Below are positions 1 to 8,066 of a DNA stretch of 32,000 nt, one piece after another (position 1 is the stretch's first letter; every line of letters begins with the position of its first letter). The DNA lies in contig NZ_CP074694.1 in NCBI RefSeq assembly GCF_018398935.1, positions 5,490,001 through 5,522,000 of the forward strand. The letters are read 5' to 3'. The position numbers and the translations under genes are program-made. The notes below the pieces were generated by a model. That model saw only the letters and a program-made list of their open reading frames with translations. It ran no database searches and had not been told where the DNA came from. The DNA comes from Telmatocola sphagniphila. Lineage in GTDB: Bacteria; Planctomycetota; Planctomycetia; Gemmatales; Gemmataceae.

Positions 1-1
1 G

Positions 2-1438
2 ATCGCCGCTACGGGGTTATACTTTCATTTTTTTCGCGACAACGGGTCGAAGAGTTCTAATAGTTTCAACGCGACTCCCCGGCAACTCTCCTGGATTCGA
101 ATCCTAGTTTGCCTGGCCGCTCTTCTGCTGACACTACTGGAAGACCTACCAAGAGTTGCAGAATTCCCTCGTGAATTCGGCGTGTCTTATGAGGCGACGG
201 AGTGGCTACTTCGCCTACCTGGCTATTCTCAGGTATTGGTCAGCCGGAGTTACCTTGCTTTACTCCAGTGGGCTACGTTCTTATTACTTTTCCTGGCCAT
301 GCTGGGTGTTTTTACTCGGTTCAGTCTTCCGCTGGCGGGACTCAGCTTCTTTTACCTGCAAGCGATTTTGCGTTATCATGCAATATCTTTTCACGAGGGC
401 GTCTTACCGATTTATCTGCTACTGATTCTGACTTTCACTCCCTGTTCCGAGGTTTGGTCGTTCGATTCCTGGTGGAGATCGCCCCGGCCTGCACCATCTT
501 CGCAAGCCGTTCGATTTAGTGTATTCCTGTGCTTTTTCGTTGTTGCCGCTGTCTATGTTTCTTGCGGATTCAGTAAGTTAGGCAATTCGGGTTTGAATTG
601 GTTGCAACCCGAAAACTTGGAATTCAAAATTCTCCGCGATGCTATGAATCCCCTCTTCTTCAGTGAATTTCGCAATCCGGCTATCTGGCTCCACAGACAT
701 GATGTACCCATTTTCAGTTACAGTCTAATAGGGATATTTACTGTATCAGCGGAATTGTCCTATATAGCAATCTTTTTTTCGAAGTGGGCACGGGTTGTGA
801 TTCCTATTTTGATTTTCAGCTTGCACACTGGAATCCTAGTTTTTCAGAGGATTTTATTTCTAGACTTGATGATTCTCCAACTCATCTTCATTAACGCGAA
901 CTGGTTAGCACTATGGGCTCGTCGAAATAAGGAAATTCCTCCAGATTCCGATAACTTCATTCGCATTTCGAAGCTGGAACATAGATCAGAAACGGCTTGT
1001 CCGAAGCAACGCCTAAGACTGCTGGCATTCATTGTGATTTCTGCGGGTATCTCCGCGGTTTGGATTTACAGGATCGAACGCTTCCCGTTGTCGGCGTGGC
1101 AGATGTACTCCGATGTTCAAGCTCGGATGCCGATCGTGTATTTTAAAGTGATGGCCACTCGAGAAAACGGTGAGATTGAGGAGGTCGATTCACATTTATT
1201 CTGTCGATCGGTTATGATCAACAGCTATATGATGCTTATCCCCTCTCTCAACTCGGAGCGTATGAGTACGCTAACTGAAGTCATTACGAATTACATTGAA
1301 AAAAGTAATAAGGCCTCGCCCCCAGAATCGCGAATTAAATGTATAGAAATCGAGAAATGGAACTGGGATTACTGGGAAGATCCGAAGAACCCAAATTGTG
1401 GAAAAATAGTCAATAGCTATGCGTTCTATGCAAAGTAA
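2..1438 (+). CDS. HTTM-like polytopic membrane protein; the 5' end runs off the window
   Basis: The frame of ORF 182..1438 stays open back to nt 2 with no in-frame stop and no ATG/GTG/TTG. The upstream translation reads ...PRQLSWIRILVCLAALLLTLLEDLPRVAEF..., so the true start is probably upstream of the window. There are many hydrophobic segments. Blocks such as MLGVFTRFSLPLAGLSFFYL and FHEGVLPIYLLLILTFTPCS recall the HTTM (vitamin-K-carboxylase-like) membrane domain. The family call is from memory. Confidence 0.45.
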   Translation: MAATGLYFHFFRDNGSKSSNSFNATPRQLSWIRILVCLAALLLTLLEDLPRVAEFPREFGVSYEATEWLLRLPGYSQVLVSRSYLALLQWATFLLLFLAMLGVFTRFSLPLAGLSFFYLQAILRYHAISFHEGVLPIYLLLILTFTPCSEVWSFDSWWRSPRPAPSSQAVRFSVFLCFFVVAAVYVSCGFSKLGNSGLNWLQPENLEFKILRDAMNPLFFSEFRNPAIWLHRHDVPIFSYSLIGIFTVSAELSYIAIFFSKWARVVIPILIFSLHTGILVFQRILFLDLMILQLIFINANWLALWARRNKEIPPDSDNFIRISKLEHRSETACPKQRLRLLAFIVISAGISAVWIYRIERFPLSAWQMYSDVQARMPIVYFKVMATRENGEIEEVDSHLFCRSVMINSYMMLIPSLNSERMSTLTEVITNYIEKSNKASPPESRIKCIEIEKWNWDYWEDPKNPNCGKIVNSYAFYAK

Positions 1439-1526
1439 ATCTCACTCGCACTAGTGCAATGTCTCAGAATTAGCGTTACTTTGAGCTCCTTTTTTTCAGT
1501 TCATTCTATAGATGAAGAGAAAACCC

Positions 1527-1755
1527 ATGAAAATCGCCCTGCCAATTTCGCTGTCCGACTAAGAACGCCAAACGTTGACTTTTTGGGCTCGGGGACGAAG
1601 TACTCCCGCTCGGCTAGTCCTTCGGGCGAAGATCGTAAGCATCCCAAGGTTCGGCGTTGGTTGACCCGACATCCTCGATTCCACATACACTTCACCCCCA
1701 CGCGCAGTCCCTGGATGAATCTGGTGGAACGCCGGTTTCGCGACTTGACAGGTAT
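1527..1755 (+). pseudogene. IS630-family transposase relic: the N-terminal HTH piece is joined to the C-terminal tail and the DDE core is deleted
   Basis: From ATG 1527 the frame reads MKIALPISLSD*ERQTLTFWARGRSTPARLVLRAKIV, the typical IS630 Tnp N-terminus, with an in-frame TAA after SD. A different frame then reads HPKVRRWLTRHPRFHIHFTPTRSPWMNLVERRFRDLTG, the typical IS630 C-terminal 'HxHFTPTxxSWxNxVERxF' block. The roughly 250 aa normally lying between them are absent. Confidence 0.6.
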
Positions 1756-1948
1756 CTCAAATTCCCAGCAATTCACTTACTATGCCCGTATTTTCCCGAT
1801 CTGAAAGGCCGATTTTAACGACCCAGACTGCCTAAATTTCCATTTTCAGCCCAAGATGCTCTTAAAAATAAAGTATACCTTAATTAACTTGGATCTTAAC
1901 GCAAACAAAGTTGGATTGTCCCACCCGAATCCTAAGTGAGTGGTGCCC

Positions 1949-4900
1949 ATGCCCCTTCGCCTTCTGCTGAGCTGTCTGCTGTTGGTGCTTTGGAATTTCC
2001 CGGCCCAGAGTCAAACCACCCATATCTGGAACAACGCCAGTTCCGGACTCTGGTCGGCCTCGGCGAACTGGCATCTGAACCTCGCCCCGAACGATCCGAT
2101 TCTTTCCATTGCCCGCTTTCAATCGCTCGGCTCGGGGATTGCTAATCAGGCCGGTCTGGGTTCCAGCAGCTTTTCGATTCTGGGTCTGGAACTCAACGGC
2201 AACTACTCCTGGTCGCTCGGTCAAAGCAGCGATTCGGGCGTTCTCAATCTCGGTTCCCGCGGATTATTACTCGATGCCGGCTCGACGAAAGCCGTCACAC
2301 TCAATTACCGGCTCAATCTCACGGACGATCAGAAATGGGACACCGCCGGGAGCACAGTCACTCATCTGGGAGCACTTTCCGGCAGTAACGCACTTACCAA
2401 AAGCGGTTTGGGAACTTTGGTACTCGATAACGCCAGCAATAGCTTCAGCGGTTCGATTTCCGTCGATGCCGGAACTCTGCAAATCGGTTCGAGCAGCAAC
2501 AACGCCGCGCAATTCGCTTTGCATGGCAACTCTGTCGACCTCGCTTCGGGGACCACTCTGGTGACCGCCGGTAGTTCCCCGAATTTGAATATCGGCCGTC
2601 TGAGTGGCAGCGGGGTCGTCAACCTGGCGAGTACGGGCATTCTGAACCTGTTCGCCTACGAAAATGGCGCGTTTTCGGGTTCCATTACCGCGTCGGGCGG
2701 TCTGTATATTCGCGGCACGAACACTCAGCAGGCTTTCACCGGTAACACCAGCGGCATCGGAGCCAGCACCAATATCCTGACGAGCGCCACGCTCGTTCTC
2801 GGCGGCTCGAATGCCACGAGTGGCACGCTCGCTTCCTCGACCATCAACGTACAGCAAGGTAGCTTGATTCTCGATAATTCCAGCTTTTCCGCCAATCGCA
2901 TTCCCGACACAGCCGCCATGAACCTCTATGGGGCTAATCTCACGCTCATCGGTAATAGCGCGGGAACCATCGAGACTATGGGAACCCTGACCTTGCTCAA
3001 TAGCGGACCGTCCAACATCCAGGTCATCCACAACGGCGGCAGCGGCGGAACCGAACTGAAATTTGCCAATTCCGGCACGCTGCGCGGAAGCTCGACGAGT
3101 ATGACCGTGAACTTCGTGGGCGTGGGCGGAACGCTCGGCAGTGAAGGAGCCAATCCTCGTATTTCGTTCGCCGGGGCGATGTACTTCTCCTCCGATACGG
3201 GCATGATCTCGAACTCGATGACGAGTCCCAGCTTTGGCTGGGGCACGGTCAATAACACGAGTTGGGCGGGGGTTAAACAGCTGTCCAACGGCAGTTACAC
3301 CGTCTATGCCCTGAGCGATACCCTGCGCACCGAACTCGATCTGGCCAATACTCCCGGCAATGAACGGGTGAGCTATACCCCCAATCCGCTGAGTAGTCCC
3401 TTGACGCTCACCAACAACTTGAAAACGGGGGCACTCAAAATCATTCCTTCTGCACCCGGGCAAAGTTTGAATTTGAATTCCGGCCTTTACCTCCAAACCA
3501 ATGCGCTGATGCTTGCCGGACCATACAGTTTCAGCATTAATGGGGGGTTGGGATCCTATTTGATGGAATCGGTGAATTTCCGCTATGTCTACGTTCTCGA
3601 TCCCTCGGCGGTACTTTCGATGAACGGCAACATGACGGCGGCCTTGCAGCCGGTCATTAAGACGGGGGCCGGCTTTCTGGAATTGAACGGCACCACCAGT
3701 CAGCTCGTTTTCAATGCCGGGCTGAACATCTTCCCGATCTGCGTCTCGCAGGGAGTGCTTCGCGGGACTCCCACTACGCTGGGCGGCGGGACATCTTCCA
3801 GTGGAATCCGATCGACTTATTTACTGGTGGGGGGCGTTCTGGAAATCAGTGGCGGCGGCACCTTCTCCCGGGCCGTCGGCGTGGACGGCACTGTTCTGGG
3901 AGGCGGCTTGCGCTTCGATAATGGCTCGACGATTCGGGGGGATGGGGGCTTCTCGGCGTACAACGGCAATGCCACAGTGACACTTGTGACGGCCATCGGC
4001 GGCACTACACCGGCGAATCTGGTCTGGAACGACGGTAAATTCCTGGCGGACGGTTACGCCTTTTTGCTCGGCTCGATCAAGGCCGATAGCCGTCTTGATT
4101 TCACAAACTCTATCGGTCTCGACAACGGCGCCTCCACCAATCCCTATAGCGTGCGCGAAATTCGGGTCGCCGATAATCCGAATTCTACCACCGATATCAT
4201 GCGACTCTCGGGCGTTATCTCCGGTTCCAAAAATTCCGATCTGCTGAAAACCGATGCCGGGACCCTCGAATTGACCGGGGCCAATACCTATGCGGGCAAC
4301 ACGATTGTCAAGGGCGGCACGCTCGTACTCAGCGGCAGCTACACCGGCGGCGGCAATTTCACGGTCAACGCCGGCGCCACGCTGCAGATCAATTCCAATT
4401 TCACCCTGAATAGTTCGATATCGGGCTCGGGCAACGTCGTGCTTTCCGGAAACAGCACGCTAACCGGAACAGGAGTGATCACCGGCCGCTTCACTTTACA
4501 GCCCGGTTCGACTCTCGCACCCACTGGCTTCGGTTCCCTGACGATGGGGAATGCTACCTGGATGGGCGGCAGTACATTCGTGCTGAACTACAACACGGCG
4601 GTCACCAGTCCGATTCCGAGCGTCGATAACTCCGTCGTCAAAGCGGTTAACGGCGCGATTCTCGATCTCAGCAATCTCAGTTCCAGCAACCGGATGAACC
4701 TGCAATTGAACGCGATTCCCGGCGGCAGCGGTTCCGATTCCTCGGTCGTTTACACCTTCGCACAATACCCGCAGATCCTCGGCTTAACGCCGGGGAATGT
4801 TTCGCAACTCTTCAACATCACGGGCAATTATTCCGGCACACCGCTGGTGTCCTACATCCATGCCAGTTCGGATATTCTCCAGGTTAGCTTCACCCCGGCG

Positions 4901-4987
4901 CCTGAACCGACCTCCCTTCTGCTAGGCGCCGCATTGGGTCTTGGACTCTGGCGATTTCGACGCAAGAAGGGGATCAAACTGAACTAA
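1949..4987 (+). CDS. PEP-CTERM-anchored autotransporter-associated beta-strand-repeat surface protein
   Basis: 1012-1015 aa ORF with an alternative GTG start at 1940. The N-terminal signal peptide is MPLRLLLSCLLLVLWNFPAQSQ. The body is Gly/Ser/Thr/Asn-rich with recurring 'GTLxLxGxNxYxGxTxVxGGTLxL'-type repeats, for example DAGTLELTGANTYAGNTIVKGGTLVLSGS. The C-terminus PAPEPTSLLLGAALGLGLWRFRRKK is a PEP motif followed by a TM helix and a basic tail. Confidence 0.85.
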   Translation: MPLRLLLSCLLLVLWNFPAQSQTTHIWNNASSGLWSASANWHLNLAPNDPILSIARFQSLGSGIANQAGLGSSSFSILGLELNGNYSWSLGQSSDSGVLNLGSRGLLLDAGSTKAVTLNYRLNLTDDQKWDTAGSTVTHLGALSGSNALTKSGLGTLVLDNASNSFSGSISVDAGTLQIGSSSNNAAQFALHGNSVDLASGTTLVTAGSSPNLNIGRLSGSGVVNLASTGILNLFAYENGAFSGSITASGGLYIRGTNTQQAFTGNTSGIGASTNILTSATLVLGGSNATSGTLASSTINVQQGSLILDNSSFSANRIPDTAAMNLYGANLTLIGNSAGTIETMGTLTLLNSGPSNIQVIHNGGSGGTELKFANSGTLRGSSTSMTVNFVGVGGTLGSEGANPRISFAGAMYFSSDTGMISNSMTSPSFGWGTVNNTSWAGVKQLSNGSYTVYALSDTLRTELDLANTPGNERVSYTPNPLSSPLTLTNNLKTGALKIIPSAPGQSLNLNSGLYLQTNALMLAGPYSFSINGGLGSYLMESVNFRYVYVLDPSAVLSMNGNMTAALQPVIKTGAGFLELNGTTSQLVFNAGLNIFPICVSQGVLRGTPTTLGGGTSSSGIRSTYLLVGGVLEISGGGTFSRAVGVDGTVLGGGLRFDNGSTIRGDGGFSAYNGNATVTLVTAIGGTTPANLVWNDGKFLADGYAFLLGSIKADSRLDFTNSIGLDNGASTNPYSVREIRVADNPNSTTDIMRLSGVISGSKNSDLLKTDAGTLELTGANTYAGNTIVKGGTLVLSGSYTGGGNFTVNAGATLQINSNFTLNSSISGSGNVVLSGNSTLTGTGVITGRFTLQPGSTLAPTGFGSLTMGNATWMGGSTFVLNYNTAVTSPIPSVDNSVVKAVNGAILDLSNLSSSNRMNLQLNAIPGGSGSDSSVVYTFAQYPQILGLTPGNVSQLFNITGNYSGTPLVSYIHASSDILQVSFTPAPEPTSLLLGAALGLGLWRFRRKKGIKLN

Positions 4988-5021
4988 AATCTTGTCGTCT
5001 AGCGGGAGGGCGGCCGGGAAT

Positions 5022-5897
5022 TTATTCGGCATCCCAGATCAGGACGGTTCCCGTGGCGAAGCCGCAGACGTAACGCATACCATCGGGGGCGATGGCCACG
5101 CGCGAAATCTGCCCCTGCTTCCACTGGAAATTGTTCACTTCCTTGCCGCTGGACAGATCCCACAGTTTGGCGGTCTGGTCCCAACTGCCGGAGAGCAAAA
5201 ATTGTTCGTCCGGACTGAACGAGATGTCGCTCACTAAGCCCTTATGGCCTTCGAGACTGAATTTGAAGCGATGCTCTTCGCAGGAATAGATCGAAATTTT
5301 CCAGCTACAGCCCGCCGCCAGCGTCCCCTGGTTGGTGATGCGGAGACAGCGGGCAGGGTCCTTCAGGGAGAAATGAAATTGATCCTGCTTGCTCAGGCGA
5401 GCGGTGATCAATTTGTTGTGTCGGGTCGTCCAGGCGAAACGCTGACCGTTGGGCGATGCCGAAAAAGTTCGGGCCACTTCCAGGGAATAGGTGACGATCG
5501 CCTTGCCTTCCCGGCTGGGGTAATTCCAAAGCGTTACCCCTTTCGATTCCTCATAGAGTCGTTCGGGGTCGCCGGCGGTCAGCAGAATTTTTTTGTCGCT
5601 ATCGACGAAGGCTAGTCCGGTGACAGGGTATTGCAGAGACTTGTAGGTCTCCAGAAGTTTACCCGTTTCGGCATCCCAGAAGCGAGTTATGCCGTCTTCA
5701 CATCCCAGTGCCAGAATTGTCCCGGCCGCATTGAAGCCGAGGGCGTGGCAGCGCTGAGAGAGCATTTGCTCCCATTTCAGGCCGCCGCCTTCCCAGATTT
5801 GCAGGGCTCCGTCCCCGGCCGAGCTGGCCAGCAGCTTGCCGTCCGGGCTGAAGGCCAGTGCGCGAACCGGTCCCTGTCCGCATTCATACGCGATCAT
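5022..5897 (-). CDS. WD40-repeat protein
   Basis: 291 aa with repeated WD40 signatures: GHKGLVSDISFSPDEQFLLSGSWDQTAKLWDL, ALAFSPDGKLLASSAGDGALQIWE and GCEDGITRFWDAETG. It is convergent with the upstream PEP-CTERM gene. Confidence 0.85.
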   Translation of the reverse strand: MIAYECGQGPVRALAFSPDGKLLASSAGDGALQIWEGGGLKWEQMLSQRCHALGFNAAGTILALGCEDGITRFWDAETGKLLETYKSLQYPVTGLAFVDSDKKILLTAGDPERLYEESKGVTLWNYPSREGKAIVTYSLEVARTFSASPNGQRFAWTTRHNKLITARLSKQDQFHFSLKDPARCLRITNQGTLAAGCSWKISIYSCEEHRFKFSLEGHKGLVSDISFSPDEQFLLSGSWDQTAKLWDLSSGKEVNNFQWKQGQISRVAIAPDGMRYVCGFATGTVLIWDAE

Positions 5898-5921
5898 AAG
5901 TTCATTGTACGTTGCAGCAAT

Positions 5922-6113
5922 TCATTTCGTCGCTCGGTTTTGAAATCGCCAGTCGAAGGTAGGGAACCAGTCTTCGATACCCAGGATTGACTTGGTGCCA
6001 AGGTTCACCAGCAAATTTTTCTTTGGGGCGAGCTCCGCTGAACTTTGGAGTGATGAAAAGCCGGATTTATAAGAGAATTCGTAGTCTTGCCATGAAAAAT
6101 CTCTCATAAGCAT
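5922..6113 (-). CDS. Small hypothetical ORF (63 aa) directly upstream of the WD40 gene and in the same orientation
   Basis: This is the only ORF in an otherwise roughly 430-nt gap, and it ends 25 nt before the WD40 start. I recognise no motif in it, and it may not be a real gene. Confidence 0.2.
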   Translation of the reverse strand: MLMRDFSWQDYEFSYKSGFSSLQSSAELAPKKNLLVNLGTKSILGIEDWFPTFDWRFQNRATK

Positions 6114-6329
6114 TTGGCCAGATCCTGCCCACTTGACAGGGAAGGGAAATACCTCAAAAATGCTTAATCCTTTGAATTTGAAAAAAGCGTGAAGAGGGGA
6201 ATTCGTTCAACGTCCGATCGGATCGGGATTTATCGATTGCGATCGAAGCATTCCCTTTTCCAGCATGATCGCTGGGGCTTAGGTACCCTCCAGCGCTCGT
6301 TCAATTTTTAGTAATCCTTGAAGTAAAGA

Positions 6330-7151
6330 ATGCTTCAAATTGTAAAACATCTTTTGGATCGGCGGAATTCTCGGAGCCAGGCGAACGATGAACTGCGTCT
6401 GGCGGTGGTCGGCACACCGAGATCGGGAAATACCTGGTTTCGACACGTCCTGGCTGCGGCTTATGGGTTGAACGAGAATGGCCAGGCGATAGCAGTGCAC
6501 AATCCGCTCGATGCGAATTGGGAAGGGCACCGGTATATAGTTCAGGTGCACATTCCCTGCGAACCCAAGTGGATCGAACACTTCGAAAAACACCGCGTAA
6601 AAATTCTGGTTCCCATTAGACATCCTTTCGACGTACTCATTTCGATTTTGCACTACGTTTCCCAGGGCAACGAAACCCATCGCTGGTTAGACACTTACGG
6701 TGGCGATGAAGGCACCATTCTCGGGTTGCATCCCGGCCACCCGCAATTCCTCAATTACGTTCGGAGCCTACGGGCCAAAGCCCTCTTGGACGTCAGTTCA
6801 AATTGGAGCCAAGTACCTGGTGCGATCCCATTCCATTACGAAGATTTAGTCGCTCAGCCGGTTAAAACTTTGAAGCGCGTGGCCAAAGTGCTCGCGGTTT
6901 CTCCGAAAATTCCCTGGAAGGAAGCGCTCTCGGCCAACACGATCGAGCGGCTGCGCGTCAAAGATGGGGCGACGCATCACTGGCAGGGAAAACCGGGATT
7001 ATGGAAAATCCTGCTGACCCAGAAGATTGCCGAGGCGTTCGCGGAGACTCACCGGAGTCTTCTGGAAAAGCAGAACTATGAAGGGGGCGAGTCGGCATCC
7101 TCGCTATTGACCGAGGAAGAGGCGTACAAGAATTATCAGTCACTCGGGTGA
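6330..7151 (+). CDS. Sulfotransferase-family protein
   Basis: 273 aa. VGTPRSGNTWFRHVL matches the 5'-phosphosulfate-binding 'P(K/R)xGxTW' loop. IRHPFDVLISILHY matches the 3'-phosphate-binding 'RxPxDxxxS' motif of PAPS-dependent sulfotransferases. Confidence 0.75.
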   Translation: MLQIVKHLLDRRNSRSQANDELRLAVVGTPRSGNTWFRHVLAAAYGLNENGQAIAVHNPLDANWEGHRYIVQVHIPCEPKWIEHFEKHRVKILVPIRHPFDVLISILHYVSQGNETHRWLDTYGGDEGTILGLHPGHPQFLNYVRSLRAKALLDVSSNWSQVPGAIPFHYEDLVAQPVKTLKRVAKVLAVSPKIPWKEALSANTIERLRVKDGATHHWQGKPGLWKILLTQKIAEAFAETHRSLLEKQNYEGGESASSLLTEEEAYKNYQSLG

Positions 7152-7217
7152 CGATGCGGATCGAAATACCTTGTTCCATGCATATGCTTTGCAAAGCTGC
7201 ATTTCTATAATCCCCCC

Positions 7218-8066
7218 ATGCGGTTTGGAACTTTGACAATCGTCGGCGTCGGGCTTATCGGTGGTTCCATCGGTCGAGCGGCCAGGAACTGCGCGCTGGC
7301 GAAAAAAGTGATCGGGGTCGGCCGTAATGTCGAATCGCTGAAAAAAGCGGCTGAACTGGGAATTATCGATCATTACGAAACCAGCATTCCCGCCGGTGTG
7401 CAATCGGCCGATCTGGTCGTCTTCGCCGCACCGGTGGATCTCATCGCTTCCCAGGTCATTGAAGCCGCGGCCCATTGTCCCCCCGGTTGTCTGCTGACGG
7501 ATGCGGGCAGCACCAAACAAAAAATCATTCACGATATCGATCAGGCGAAATTTCCCGAAGCGGGCGTTCAATTCATTGGCAGCCATCCGATTGCCGGAGC
7601 GGCCCAGCGCGGCCCGGAATCGGCTCGAGAAGATCTCTTCGTCAACAAAACGGTGATCGTTACGCCCTCCCGGCACTCGAGCGAAGCGGGCGTCATTGAA
7701 ATCGAAGCCTTCTGGCGAGCCCTCGGGGCCAAGCCCGTACGCCTCTCGGCCCTGGAACATGACCGGCTGTTAGCATGGTCGAGCCATTTGCCACATATCA
7801 CGGCGGCGATCCTATCGGGTATCCTGCCCCCCGAAGCCCGGCCCTTTACGGGTACGGGATTCAAAGACACGACTCGAATTGCCGCCGGCGATCCCGAGGT
7901 TTGGCTGCCGATCATCAAACACAACCGGGAAGCCCTGCTGGATGGCCTATCCAATCTGGAATCGGCCATAGGCACGTTCCGTCAGTTGCTCCGCGATTCG
8001 GACTGGGAACCGATTCGCCAATTCCTCGAGAAAGGTAAACGAGGTCGCGATGCTTTGGGAAGTTGA
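7218..8066 (+). CDS. tyrA: Prephenate/arogenate dehydrogenase
   Basis: 282 aa. It has an N-terminal Rossmann motif IVGVGLIGGSIGRA, the catalytic-His block GSHPIAG and SHLPHITAA. Its stop overlaps the purL start by 17 nt. Confidence 0.85.
   Translation: MRFGTLTIVGVGLIGGSIGRAARNCALAKKVIGVGRNVESLKKAAELGIIDHYETSIPAGVQSADLVVFAAPVDLIASQVIEAAAHCPPGCLLTDAGSTKQKIIHDIDQAKFPEAGVQFIGSHPIAGAAQRGPESAREDLFVNKTVIVTPSRHSSEAGVIEIEAFWRALGAKPVRLSALEHDRLLAWSSHLPHITAAILSGILPPEARPFTGTGFKDTTRIAAGDPEVWLPIIKHNREALLDGLSNLESAIGTFRQLLRDSDWEPIRQFLEKGKRGRDALGS

Noticed and set aside
1454-1804. The 116-aa ORF as a functional gene.
   Set aside because: It is a chance reading frame running across the IS630 relic. Only its last third is transposase-like, and the N-terminal transposase piece is in another frame with an internal stop.
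2267-3496. A 409-aa ORF antisense to the PEP-CTERM gene. Similar long antisense ORFs lie at 8740-9801 (353 aa, opposite purL), 15844-16605 (253 aa, opposite araC/DUF417) and 24067-25027 (opposite the transposase).
   Set aside because: Their translations are Arg/Gly/Ala-rich low-information sequence with no motifs. They lie fully inside well-supported genes on the other strand. These are typical shadow ORFs of high-G+C DNA.
6133-6161. Sigma-70-like hexamers, TTGACA-N17-AAAAAT, upstream of the sulfotransferase gene.
   Set aside because: The -10 element matches the consensus at only 4 of 6 positions and lies about 170 nt from the start codon. Promoter consensus in this lineage is uncertain, so I cannot support the call from sequence alone.
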